Below, piece after piece: positions 1-8,746 of a DNA stretch of 64,000 nt (position 1 is its first letter; every line of letters begins with the position of its first letter). Source of the stretch: Candidatus Iainarchaeum sp. (GTDB taxonomy: Archaea; Iainarchaeota; Iainarchaeia; Iainarchaeales; GCA-2688035); the NCBI GenBank assembly GCA_017610205.1, contig JAFCCL010000006.1:1-64000 (forward strand). Reading direction: 5' to 3'. A model generated the notes under the pieces. It made no database searches, was not told the origin of the DNA, and saw nothing but the letters and a program-made list of their open reading frames with translations. The translations under genes and the position numbers were made by a program.

Positions 1-176
1 ATAAAAAAAACTCCAACCAGAAGCCATAATAGGACTATTCTACAAAAATATAGTAGGCGAATAGATGACACGTTCAAGAGAATCCCTAAAACGAAATAAT
101 ATCAGGATACCACATGTTTTTTCCTCAAACAAAAACTTAATAAACTACTTTGTATAATTATTACTTTAATAAAAGC

Positions 177-200
177 CCCGCCATTGCTTGCAGTGGCGGG
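177..200 (+). promoter_or_regulatory. GC-rich hairpin in the 5' leader of the NYN-domain gene
   Basis: CCCGCCATTGC-TT-GCAGTGGCGGG is an 11-nt inverted repeat (one G-U pair) in very AT-rich intergenic DNA, 43 nt upstream of ATG 244. Confidence 0.6.
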
Positions 201-243
201 TTCTCTCATTTATTTTTAATAGCTTTGTCATACTCTTTATTTA

Positions 244-874
244 ATGGCTATTCAAAAACTAATTTTGTTTGTTGACTGCAGTAACTTCTATCATGTACTG
301 AAAGAAATTGGTGTTAACCCAAATTCGATTAACTGCAATAATTTTTTTGAAAAAATTTGTCGGAGAAAAAATCCAACCGTGAGGTTTTACGATGCATTGA
401 AAACAAAAGAACACGGAATGCGGCAACAATCAAACCAACAGCATTTTCATGCAGAGCTTAAAAAAAATCCCAATTTAACTTTACACTTTGGAAGATTGCA
501 GGCCAACAGAAATCTTGACAAAGAAAACATAACATCAGTTCTTAGTCAGTTAGGCTTTTGTGAAAAATGTAAGAAGAAGATCAAGGATTTTTTTGATTGC
601 TTTGGGTCTTTATAAAAAACACAGGGAAAAAGGAGTGGATGTTAGAATTGCTATTGATCTAATGTGTCTTTCGCAGGAAAAAGACGGTTATGAAGTCGCA
701 ATTCTGTTATCAGGCGATGCTGATTTAGCTCCTGCAGTTCACCATGTTGTTTCAAAAGAAAACAAAAAAATCATAAACGCTTATTTTTGGGCAAACAGTG
801 GAAAAGAATTAAGAGACGCATGCAGTTCTTGTTTTTTGATAAAATCTGAAACATTGAAAGATTGCATAAAATGA
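244..874 (+). pseudogene. NYN (LabA/DUF88, PIN-like) ribonuclease, frameshifted
   Basis: ORF 244-615 has the N-terminal LFVDxSNFYH motif; overlapping ORF 560-874 has EKGVDV and LLSGDADLAP. Removing one T from the T7 run at 588-594 fuses them (KDFLIALGLYKKHREKGVDV). Confidence 0.85.
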
Positions 875-896
875 TTTGAAAGGAAGTGAAATCATA

Positions 897-1298
897 ATGC
901 TTGAAGATTTTGTCCAATCAAATGAATTGCAGGCAAAAATTTTGCCAGTTCCTGTAAAAGCGACTGCAATCAAATGCATGCTTTTCAAATGCGATAATGA
1001 AGACGTTTTGGCAGTGTATTTTGCGTCAAAAGAAATTGACCCAAAAAAGCTTGCCGCAGCCGTTGAAGCAAAAGAAGCAAAACCTGTTGCATTGGAGGAA
1101 GCAGAGGAAATAACAGGTTATGACTTAGAATTCATTCCGCCAATTTCAATTTATGGAATAAAAGTTGTTGTTGATTCAAAGCTTAAAATTGCCGAAAAGA
1201 TAAAATGCCTAATAAACCCTGAGCAGGTTCTTGAAATAACTCCAAAGGAAATCCTTGAAGCAAACGAGGGTGCGGTTGAATCAGACATAACAATTTGA
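897..1298 (+). CDS. YbaK/EbsC-like aminoacyl-tRNA deacylase domain protein
   Basis: EEAEEITGYxxxxIPPI...VVVD and LEITPKEI motifs; ATG 897 follows a GGAAGTG RBS. Confidence 0.7.
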   Translation: MLEDFVQSNELQAKILPVPVKATAIKCMLFKCDNEDVLAVYFASKEIDPKKLAAAVEAKEAKPVALEEAEEITGYDLEFIPPISIYGIKVVVDSKLKIAEKIKCLINPEQVLEITPKEILEANEGAVESDITI

Positions 1299-1328
1299 TT
1301 TTTAAAAACAATCCCCTATTGTTACAGT

Positions 1329-1997
1329 ATGCTTCTTGACTTGCACGTTCACAGCAAATACAGCGAAGATAGCATTGCAAAGCCGTCTGATTTGGTTCAA
1401 AAGGCAGCAAAAAAAGGATTTGGATTTGCTACAACAGAGCACAATAATTGCAGCAGCTGGTCAGAATTCAAAAAACTTGGCAAAAAGTTTAATGTGCCAA
1501 TTGTTTTGGGAACAGAAATAAAGGCCTACAAGGGAGAAAAGCTTTTGGGAGATTTGCTTTGCCTTTTCCTAAAAAAACCTGTTGAAACAAATGATTTTTT
1601 TGAGGCTGTTGAACTAACACACGAACAGGGCGGAATTGCTGTTCCGGCTCATCCCTTTGACCTTATGAGAAAGCCCTTTCTAAGAGGCTGGGGAGACGAG
1701 CTTCAAAGACTTAAAAAACATCTTGACGCCTTAGAGGTTTTTAATAGCAGGACAATTGTGAAAAAATTCAACAGCAGGGCAAAAAAGTTTGCAAAAGAAA
1801 ACAAAATGCCAATGGTATGCGGTTCAGATGCCCACACTCTAAAAGAGTTGGGCAATTCTCTTACCGAAGTTAAAGCAAAAAATCTTGACCAGGCAAAGGC
1901 AGAAATTTTAGCCGGAAGAACAAGGCTTCACTGTCACAAGTCAAGCCTTTTTGTGCACAGTCATTCAACAATGGCAAGAATTGGATTAAAGAAATGA
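1329..1997 (+). CDS. PHP-domain metal-dependent phosphoesterase
   Basis: DLHVHSKYSED, TEHN, GTEI, AHPFD, EVFNSR and GSDAH motifs. Confidence 0.9.
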   Translation: MLLDLHVHSKYSEDSIAKPSDLVQKAAKKGFGFATTEHNNCSSWSEFKKLGKKFNVPIVLGTEIKAYKGEKLLGDLLCLFLKKPVETNDFFEAVELTHEQGGIAVPAHPFDLMRKPFLRGWGDELQRLKKHLDALEVFNSRTIVKKFNSRAKKFAKENKMPMVCGSDAHTLKELGNSLTEVKAKNLDQAKAEILAGRTRLHCHKSSLFVHSHSTMARIGLKK

Positions 1998-2032
1998 GAT
2001 ATTTTTTATTTTTAAAAAACGAGGTGAAAAAA

Positions 2033-2356
2033 ATGATTTCTTTTCAGGACTGGCAAAAGGCAGAATTAAGGGTTGCAAAAATCATTGCAGCTGAGGACAT
2101 TGAGGGAAAAGACAAGCTCTACAAAATACAAATTGATTTGGGTTCAGAGCAAAGGCAAATTATTGCAGGCCTAAAACCATTTTACAAAAAAGAAGAACTG
2201 CGTGGCAAAAGCATTATTGTTGTTGCAAACCTTGAACCTGCAAAAATTGCAGGGTTTGAAAGTCAGGCAATGCTTTTAGCAGCCGAAGATTCAGAAGGCA
2301 AGTACAAGCTTGTTTCAATTGACGATTCTGTTGAAGCTGGAACAGCTGTAGAATAA
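2033..2356 (+). CDS. tRNA-binding OB-fold protein (Trbp111/CsaA/MetRS C-terminal-like)
   Basis: ELRVAKIIAAE..DKLYKIQIDLG..RQIIAGL..NLEPAKIAGFESQAMLLAA; GAGGTG RBS before ATG 2033. Confidence 0.9.
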   Translation: MISFQDWQKAELRVAKIIAAEDIEGKDKLYKIQIDLGSEQRQIIAGLKPFYKKEELRGKSIIVVANLEPAKIAGFESQAMLLAAEDSEGKYKLVSIDDSVEAGTAVE

Positions 2357-2397
2357 AACAAAACCAATTACTTACTGCAATACAATAAGCTTTCAGA

Positions 2398-3549
2398 TTA
2401 AAACAGCAGGCTTGTAATATATGGCAGGGCAATTACTGTTCCGATTAGGCTGCCAATGTTTGCAAAGGCAGTAATCATTAAAATTTTTGTAACCTTGTTG
2501 TGGGTCATTTCCATAATTCCGTTCATTTTAGGCAATTGCTCAAAGTCAACAACCTTTGGCGGTCGCGTTTTCAATTCAACAAGTCCTGCAACCCATCCTG
2601 CGGCAAAAGCAGGGTGCAGTGAAGTAAATGGTGCGGAAATAAATGCTGCCAAAATTGACAAAGGATGTGCTCTTGCAAGTGCTGCACCCAAGGCTGAAAG
2701 CACTCCGTTAATTAAGAACCACATTACAATTATGTCAAGTGCTATGTCAACTCCTTTTGCATAAATTCCAAATCCGAGAACGGCAATAAAAACTACCGGA
2801 ACAAGGTATTTCAAAAAACCAATCCATTTTCTTTTTTTCTTAACAGTAAGCAATGGTCTTAGGTCTCTTGGTTTGTCAAGATATTTTTTAATTCCCTCCA
2901 AATGCCCTGCTCCAACAACTGCGACAATTTTTTTTGCCTTTATTCCCATAATTTTGTTTGCAATAAATACGTCTCTTTCGTCAACCAAAACTTTTTTTAT
3001 TGAAGGAAGTTCTTTGCCAAGCTGCTGCATCAATGCATTTAGCATGTCCTTTTCTTTGAGTTTTTCAACTGTTTTTGCATCAAGCTTTTGTCCAAATCCA
3101 AAAAATCCTCCAAGAATGCTGTAACCCATTTTTGCCTTTTCAACAATTCCCATTCTGTTCAGTGCTCGTTTAAGTGTAATCTTTACATCCCTGTCAAGAA
3201 GTGCTATTGGAAGCTTTTTTCCAGCAGCAATATTTACAGCCTGCAGCATTTCACTTCCTGGCTTTACTCCGAGGTTATCTCCGATTTGCCTTTGCAGGTT
3301 TGACAAAAGAATGTTTAAAAGAAACAGGTATGTTTTTCCGTCTTTGATTATTTGTTCCAAATTCGTCTGCTGCCATTTGTTTCCCTGCTTTAGCTGGTGC
3401 AGTCTTTGCAGGTCAAGTTCTATTCCAACAACATCTGGCATTTCATTTTCAATGGTTTGTCTGACAAGCTCTATGCTTTCCTTGCTTACGTGAGCAGTTC
3501 CAACAAGTATAATTTCCTTTCCAAAAGCATTTATTTTTTCAACAAACAA
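2398..3549 (-). CDS. TraB/PrgY family protein (pheromone-shutdown-like)
   Basis: LVGTAHVS, PDVVGIELD, PGSEM, LLDRD, LVDERD and VVGAGHLEGI motifs plus C-terminal TM helices. Confidence 0.9.
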   Translation of the reverse strand: MFVEKINAFGKEIILVGTAHVSKESIELVRQTIENEMPDVVGIELDLQRLHQLKQGNKWQQTNLEQIIKDGKTYLFLLNILLSNLQRQIGDNLGVKPGSEMLQAVNIAAGKKLPIALLDRDVKITLKRALNRMGIVEKAKMGYSILGGFFGFGQKLDAKTVEKLKEKDMLNALMQQLGKELPSIKKVLVDERDVFIANKIMGIKAKKIVAVVGAGHLEGIKKYLDKPRDLRPLLTVKKKRKWIGFLKYLVPVVFIAVLGFGIYAKGVDIALDIIVMWFLINGVLSALGAALARAHPLSILAAFISAPFTSLHPAFAAGWVAGLVELKTRPPKVVDFEQLPKMNGIMEMTHNKVTKILMITAFANIGSLIGTVIALPYITSLLF

Positions 3550-3627
3550 GCTAAATCACTAGATTAAAGAGAAAGAAAAGGTTTAATTAAAAATGGGTTT
3601 GCATAGTATTATCCCTAAGGTGTAATA

Positions 3628-3801
3628 ATGGCAAATAAACTGAGCAAAAAACTGTTGGATGTCCTGGTTTGCCCCAAATGCAAGGGGAATTTAAAGTATG
3701 AACAGGCAAAATCGCGCCTTACCTGCAAGAAATGCAATCTCTCCTACCGCGTGGAAGAAGGAATTCCAATAATGCTTATAGAAGAAGCGGAAAAAATTTA
3801 A
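3628..3801 (+). CDS. Trm112 family protein (57 aa; not in the ORF track)
   Basis: Translates as MANKLSKKLLDVLVCPKCKGNLKYEQAKSRLTCKKCNLSYRVEEGIPIMLIEEAEKI, matching the LLDxLxCPxCK...YxVxxGIPxML signature. Confidence 0.9.
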   Translation: MANKLSKKLLDVLVCPKCKGNLKYEQAKSRLTCKKCNLSYRVEEGIPIMLIEEAEKI

Positions 3802-3805
3802 TAGA

Positions 3806-5515
3806 TTATTCCGCGCTCTTTTTAACAAATTCTAAAAATAGTTCGTCGGGGTGCAATGGTCTGCTTGTTAGTTCCGGATGGTATTGTGTTGCCATCATAA
3901 ACTTGTGTTTTGGCATTTCAAGAATTTGCATAATTGGAACCTTTGGAGCTTTGCCGCTGAACACTATGCCCTTTTCTTCAAATTGTTTAATGTAATCAGG
4001 ATTGCATTCAAACCTATGCCTAAACCTGCGCCTTATCTTTTTTGCATTGCTGTGAAGCTTTGAAGCAATTGTTCCGCCAATAACTTCAACATCTCTGCCA
4101 CCCAAGCGCATGTTTCCGCCCAATCCCTCTATTTTTCTTTGCTCTGGAAGAAGGCATACTACCGGATTTCCTGTTTTTGAATCAAACTCTGTACTGTTTG
4201 CGTCTTTTAAGTTCAAAACATTTCTTGCAAATTCAATCAATGCAATCTGGAATCCAAGACAAAGTCCAAGGTATGGAATATTATTTTCACGGCAGTATTT
4301 TGCCATAGCAATTTTGCCTTCAACACCTCTTGTTCCAAATCCACCTGGAACAATTACTCCGTTAACTCCCTTCATTTGCTTTTTTAGCAAATCTTTTTTT
4401 CCTTCAAGTCCTGTTGTGTCAATCCATTTTGCTTTTACAGGCTTGTTAAGCTTAAAGCTGCAGTGTTCAAGTGCTTTTAGTATACTGATATAGGCGTCTG
4501 AAGAACCGGTGTATTTTCCGGCAATTGCAATTAAAACAGGTTTTGCCTTTCCCTGCATGCTTGTTTTCTTTGTCCACTCTTTTAAGGCAGTGTTTCCATT
4601 TGCCTTAAATTTCTTTTCAATTTTTAATTCTTTTAAGACTGCTTCATCAAACCCTTTTTTTCTTAGAACCAATGGCAGACCATAAATGTTGCTTACGTCA
4701 TGCACTCCAAAAACGTTTTCTTTTGCAATGTTAATGTAAAGGCTCATTTTTTCTCTAATACTTTCTTTCAACTTGGTTTGACTCCTGCAAACAATTATTC
4801 CTGGCTGAATTCCCATTGCAAGCAGTCTCTTAATGCCAAGCTGTGCAGCCTTGCTTTTCTGCTCTCCTAATGAATTTGGCTCAAGGATGTAAGTGATGTT
4901 AATAAAGCAAACATTTTCTGTGCCTTCCTCATACTTTAATTCCCTCAAAGCTTCTAATGCAAACATGTTTTCATAATCGCCAACAGTTCCGCCAATTTCT
5001 ATTGGAATTACGTCTGCCTTTGTTTCCATTGCAAGCTTTCTTAGTACAAGTTTTATTTCGCCTGTAACGTGGGGAATGAATTGAACGTCCCTGCCCAAAT
5101 ACTTTCCAGTCCGCTCTTTTTCAATAATTCTTTGATAAATCTTTCCGCTTGTAACAAAGTTTTCTCCCCTCAAATTCTTGTCCAAAGCCCTTTCGTAGGT
5201 TCCCAAATCCAAATCGGTTTCGCTTCCATCATCAAGTACAAACACCTCTCCGTGCCTAAACGGGTTTAGGGTTCCTGAGTCAACATTCAAATAGGCCTCT
5301 AGCTTGATTGGCTCTACCTTCATTCCTCTGTCATTCAATAGTTTGCACAAACTGCTTGAAATTGTTCCCTTGCCAACCCCGCTTATTACAGAGCCTGTTA
5401 CTACAACATATTTTGTTTTGCCTGGCTTGTAACCTTTTGGTAAAGGTGTATAAAATTCGCCGCTAGAAGTGGACGCAATTTCGCTCAAAATGTCCTGACC
5501 CTTCATCTCCCCCAA
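3806..5515 (-). CDS. pyrG: CTP synthase
   Basis: VTGSVISGVGKG, NPFRHGEVFV, EIGGTVGD, PGGFGTRG, GLCLG and QYHPE motifs. Confidence 0.97.
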   Translation of the reverse strand: MGEMKGQDILSEIASTSSGEFYTPLPKGYKPGKTKYVVVTGSVISGVGKGTISSSLCKLLNDRGMKVEPIKLEAYLNVDSGTLNPFRHGEVFVLDDGSETDLDLGTYERALDKNLRGENFVTSGKIYQRIIEKERTGKYLGRDVQFIPHVTGEIKLVLRKLAMETKADVIPIEIGGTVGDYENMFALEALRELKYEEGTENVCFINITYILEPNSLGEQKSKAAQLGIKRLLAMGIQPGIIVCRSQTKLKESIREKMSLYINIAKENVFGVHDVSNIYGLPLVLRKKGFDEAVLKELKIEKKFKANGNTALKEWTKKTSMQGKAKPVLIAIAGKYTGSSDAYISILKALEHCSFKLNKPVKAKWIDTTGLEGKKDLLKKQMKGVNGVIVPGGFGTRGVEGKIAMAKYCRENNIPYLGLCLGFQIALIEFARNVLNLKDANSTEFDSKTGNPVVCLLPEQRKIEGLGGNMRLGGRDVEVIGGTIASKLHSNAKKIRRRFRHRFECNPDYIKQFEEKGIVFSGKAPKVPIMQILEMPKHKFMMATQYHPELTSRPLHPDELFLEFVKKSAE

Positions 5516-5558
5516 CCAAAAACAATAGGGTGTTTACATTTAAAAGCTTAATCCGCCA

Positions 5559-5742
5559 TGGGGCGTAGAAGATTTGAACTCCTGCCGCAGCGTCGTTCGA
5601 ACCAATTCGAACTGTTTTTCACGATTTTCGCAAACCTTCATGCAAAGCAAAGCTTTGCGTGACCATGCAAAACTTTTGGTTTTGCCAGGTTTTCTAAAAG
5701 GTTTCCCGAACGCTGAATCCTACCAGACTAGACTAACGCCCC
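5559..5742 (-). tRNA. tRNA-Pro(CGG) with a 111-nt intron at canonical position 37/38 (intron 5594-5704)
   Basis: Acceptor stem GGGGCGT/ACGCCCC+A, anticodon stem CAGCG/CGCTG, loop TT-CGG-G|A, T-arm AGGAG-TTCAAAT-CTTCT. Perfect BHB: TTCG/CGAA central helix, bulges GGA and CGA, AACC/GGTT helix. Confidence 0.93.
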
Positions 5743-5786
5743 TTTTGTAAAAAGATTAACAATAATAATCATTTAAATATGAGTTA

Positions 5787-6947
5787 ATGCCTTATTGTCT
5801 TGTTATGGATTTGATTGGCGAAGCGATTTTGAGGGCAAAGGAAACAATGATGCTTTGTTCTACTCAGCATGGGACATTTGCATCAGGTGGAAAAGATGGA
5901 TATGACAGTGTCTTTGCAAGGGATTCAATGATTGGCTTGCTTGGAACAAGCTGTTATGATGAAGAACACGAATTTAAATCACAGTTTGCAATAACCCTGA
6001 ATACGCTTGCAAAAAACCAAAGCAAGCACGGTCAGATTCCAAACTGTGTTGACCTGTTTAGCAAAAGACCAAAACAGGTTACGTTTGCAACAATGGACAG
6101 CACGCTATGGTATCTTCTTGGGCTGAAATTTTATACTAAAAATTACAAGGATACAAAACTTTTTTCAAGGCACAAAAATCATGTGAAAAGGGCTTTTGCC
6201 TGGCTTGGCTGCCAGGATGCAGGAGAAGACTTTTTGCCTGAACAATTGCCAACAAGTGACTGGCAGGATGCCTTTCCCCACAAATATGGCCATACAATTA
6301 ACTCAATTGCGCTTTACTTTGCAGCATTAAAACTTTACGGGCAAAAAAATGAACTGAAAAATATACTAAAAGCTTCTTCCGGAAAAACTCCTCCCAAAAT
6401 TCAAATGTTTAACAGAAAATCCGGGTATTTTTTTCCATGGGTGTGGAAGAATCACGATGGAGACATAGAGCAGGAAACCTGGTTTGATGCGTTGGGAAAT
6501 TGTCTTGCAATTTGCGGTGGCTTTGCTTTCAAAAAGCAGGCAAAAACCATTATTGATTTTATTGAAAAGAATAAAATCAACAAGCCCTATCCAATGAGGT
6601 CAATTTATCCTACAATAAAAAGAGGAGACAAGGAATGGCATAGTTATTTTTCAAAATGTCTTGCAGAATCACCGCATCAATATTTAAATGGCGGAATCTG
6701 GCCGTTCATAGGCGGTTTTTATGTTGCAACGCTTGTGAAAGCGCATGAATTTGAAAAAGCTGAAGAAAACCTTGAGCTTTTGGCAAAAGCAAACAAACTT
6801 GGTGTAAAATACAAATGGGAATTCAACGAATGGATTAATCCAATAGACAAAAAGGCGTCTGGAAGCAGTTATCATGCATGGAGTGCGGGCGCATTTCTTT
6901 TTGCTGTTAAGGCTCTTGAACAGAAACAGTTACCTGTTCTTGACTAA
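5787..6947 (+). CDS. (alpha/alpha)6 glycoside hydrolase, GH100/amylo-alpha-1,6-glucosidase-like
   Basis: YxxVFARDS, GQIP, DSTLWY, YLNGGIWPFIGG, EFNEW and AWSA motifs; true start may be ATG 5805. Confidence 0.8.
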   Translation: MPYCLVMDLIGEAILRAKETMMLCSTQHGTFASGGKDGYDSVFARDSMIGLLGTSCYDEEHEFKSQFAITLNTLAKNQSKHGQIPNCVDLFSKRPKQVTFATMDSTLWYLLGLKFYTKNYKDTKLFSRHKNHVKRAFAWLGCQDAGEDFLPEQLPTSDWQDAFPHKYGHTINSIALYFAALKLYGQKNELKNILKASSGKTPPKIQMFNRKSGYFFPWVWKNHDGDIEQETWFDALGNCLAICGGFAFKKQAKTIIDFIEKNKINKPYPMRSIYPTIKRGDKEWHSYFSKCLAESPHQYLNGGIWPFIGGFYVATLVKAHEFEKAEENLELLAKANKLGVKYKWEFNEWINPIDKKASGSSYHAWSAGAFLFAVKALEQKQLPVLD

Positions 6948-8091
6948 AGCTTTTCAAGTCAAGCTTTTTTTCAATCAGGTCATTTATGTCCTTTGATGTT
7001 TTAATGTAATCAAAGTTTTTTACTGCGTGAGCTCTTGCATTCTCACCCATCTTTTTCATAAGGTCATCTTCTGTAAGCATTCTGTACAAATATTTTGCCA
7101 GGTCGTCTACGTCTGCCCTGTAAGCCATGGTTTTTGGTTCGTCAAACTGAATCTTCTGCTTTTTTTCAAAACCCATCCACTTGTAAGCCCATTCTTCCTC
7201 AAGCTTTATTTCTTCGCCAATCTTTGCAAGGAATCCTGTTTCGTTATGGATAATTGTGTCCTTCATTCCCATTGCATCAATTGAAAGAACAGGCTTTCCG
7301 CAGGCCATTGCCTCCACCTGAATCATTCCAAAGCCCTCGATCCTGCTTGGAGCTGCATAAATGTCGCACGCATTAATCAAATAGCACATAAATTCCCTTG
7401 ACAATGCCCCATCCAGGAAGTCAACTTTTTGTTTCATGTCCAATTCCTTCATTATCTCAATTTCTTTTTTACAATGATACATTGGCTTTCCTTTTTCCCA
7501 GGTCTTTCCAATGTATTTCCATTTTGGAAAGTCACCGTTAATTTTTCCAAGCGCTTGCAAAACTTCCTGAAATCCTTTGCTTGTAGTGTCTCCGCCTGAT
7601 GTCAAAATCATTTTTTCATCCGGTTTTACTCCAAGCATTTTTCTAACTTCAACAATTCGCGGGTCACTCTTTGGAATAGACCTCATTTGATTAGTATCAA
7701 TTCCAATAGGCATTGGATAAATGTTCTTGTTTCTTACTCCGTCCCTGTAATACATTTCCTTAACCCAATTGCTTGTGGTAAGGATTAAGGGTAGGGAATT
7801 AAGCAATTCGTAGTAGTTTGCAACCCAGCCGTCTGCATTAAGCCATGGAACTGGCTGAATTCCATATTCAAGTGGATGTTCAATGATTCGAGGAGCATCT
7901 GCCCAGTAACCTATTCCAATTGCGACATCTGGTTTGAAGGTTTTGTAAAGAAGTTCTTTCTCTGCAACTGCTCCTCTGTCGCATGGTGCAACTTCCTGTC
8001 CGTCTTTAAGCAGTCCTCTGTAAAGCATTTCTCCCTGAATGCTTATACCGTCAAGTTCCGGTGGGTAAGGATAAAATACCACTGATTTCAT
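6907..8091 (-). CDS. GT4 family glycosyltransferase
   Basis: KGF...CDIYAAPSRIEGFGMIQVEAMACGKPV and ETGFL motifs. Confidence 0.9.
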   Translation of the reverse strand: MKSVVFYPYPPELDGISIQGEMLYRGLLKDGQEVAPCDRGAVAEKELLYKTFKPDVAIGIGYWADAPRIIEHPLEYGIQPVPWLNADGWVANYYELLNSLPLILTTSNWVKEMYYRDGVRNKNIYPMPIGIDTNQMRSIPKSDPRIVEVRKMLGVKPDEKMILTSGGDTTSKGFQEVLQALGKINGDFPKWKYIGKTWEKGKPMYHCKKEIEIMKELDMKQKVDFLDGALSREFMCYLINACDIYAAPSRIEGFGMIQVEAMACGKPVLSIDAMGMKDTIIHNETGFLAKIGEEIKLEEEWAYKWMGFEKKQKIQFDEPKTMAYRADVDDLAKYLYRMLTEDDLMKKMGENARAHAVKNFDYIKTSKDINDLIEKKLDLKSFSQEQVTVSVQEP

Positions 8092-8692
8092 GTTGCGTCA
8101 CTTTGAAACTCTCGAGTGCGTGTATACTGCGCTCTTCGAAGCTTCCATTACTAAATTGATAGGTGAAAGTGATTAATAAGCGTTTCGATTGCGCAATTCG
8201 CGCGGTCAAGCGCGTGTTAACGTCGGCGTCGCGCTCGTTCGCGACGCAGTAGAAGCCGTCGCGCGCTTTCTTGTAACAGAAGAAGAAAACTTTCTTCGCG
8301 CGCAGCTCGCCGCTTGCAATCATTGCGCACACTGCGCGGTGGACTTCTTTGTGTCTGTTGTGTCCGTACTCGCCGTTTGCTCCATGGGTGAACACGTAAT
8401 CGAATTCGCTGTTGAGCTTCAGTTGCTTTATCATCGCACACACGCGTTCCTTAACTTCTTCAAGCGATTTAAGCTTTTGTTCAGGGTGCTCGTCTTCCAA
8501 ATCGCTGATTGCACACTTTGCTCCAAGCTTTTTGCAGACTTTCCTGAACTTTGGTGCCCGGTCCTTGTCGTTTTTGCGGCAAAGGCTTAAAATAGTCCAG
8601 TACCATTTTGGGTGCATTAAAATAGTGCCACCACACCAGATTGTTTCGTCATCAGGGTGTGCCACTATAACAAGTGCTTTTATCATACTCAA
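8051..8692 (-). CDS. PIG-L/LmbE family deacetylase
   Basis: IVAHPDDETIWCGG and THGANGEYGHNRH motifs. Confidence 0.9.
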   Translation of the reverse strand: MSMIKALVIVAHPDDETIWCGGTILMHPKWYWTILSLCRKNDKDRAPKFRKVCKKLGAKCAISDLEDEHPEQKLKSLEEVKERVCAMIKQLKLNSEFDYVFTHGANGEYGHNRHKEVHRAVCAMIASGELRAKKVFFFCYKKARDGFYCVANERDADVNTRLTARIAQSKRLLITFTYQFSNGSFEERSIHALESFKVTQHEISGILSLPTGT

Positions 8693-8746
8693 AATAAGGT
8701 GGGCAAAAAGTTAAATACCAATTCAGCCCTATAACTGTTGTTTGCA

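Noticed and set aside
5594-5704. Box C/D guide or nested BHB within the tRNA intron
   Set aside because: There is no CUGA box or good RUGAUGA, and the TTTT-AGA/GCG-AAAA region is a symmetric internal loop rather than BHB geometry.
8189-8714. Overlapping alternative ORFs in the GC-rich patch
   Set aside because: They are by-products of high GC content and antisense frames; the PIG-L frame carries the conserved motifs.
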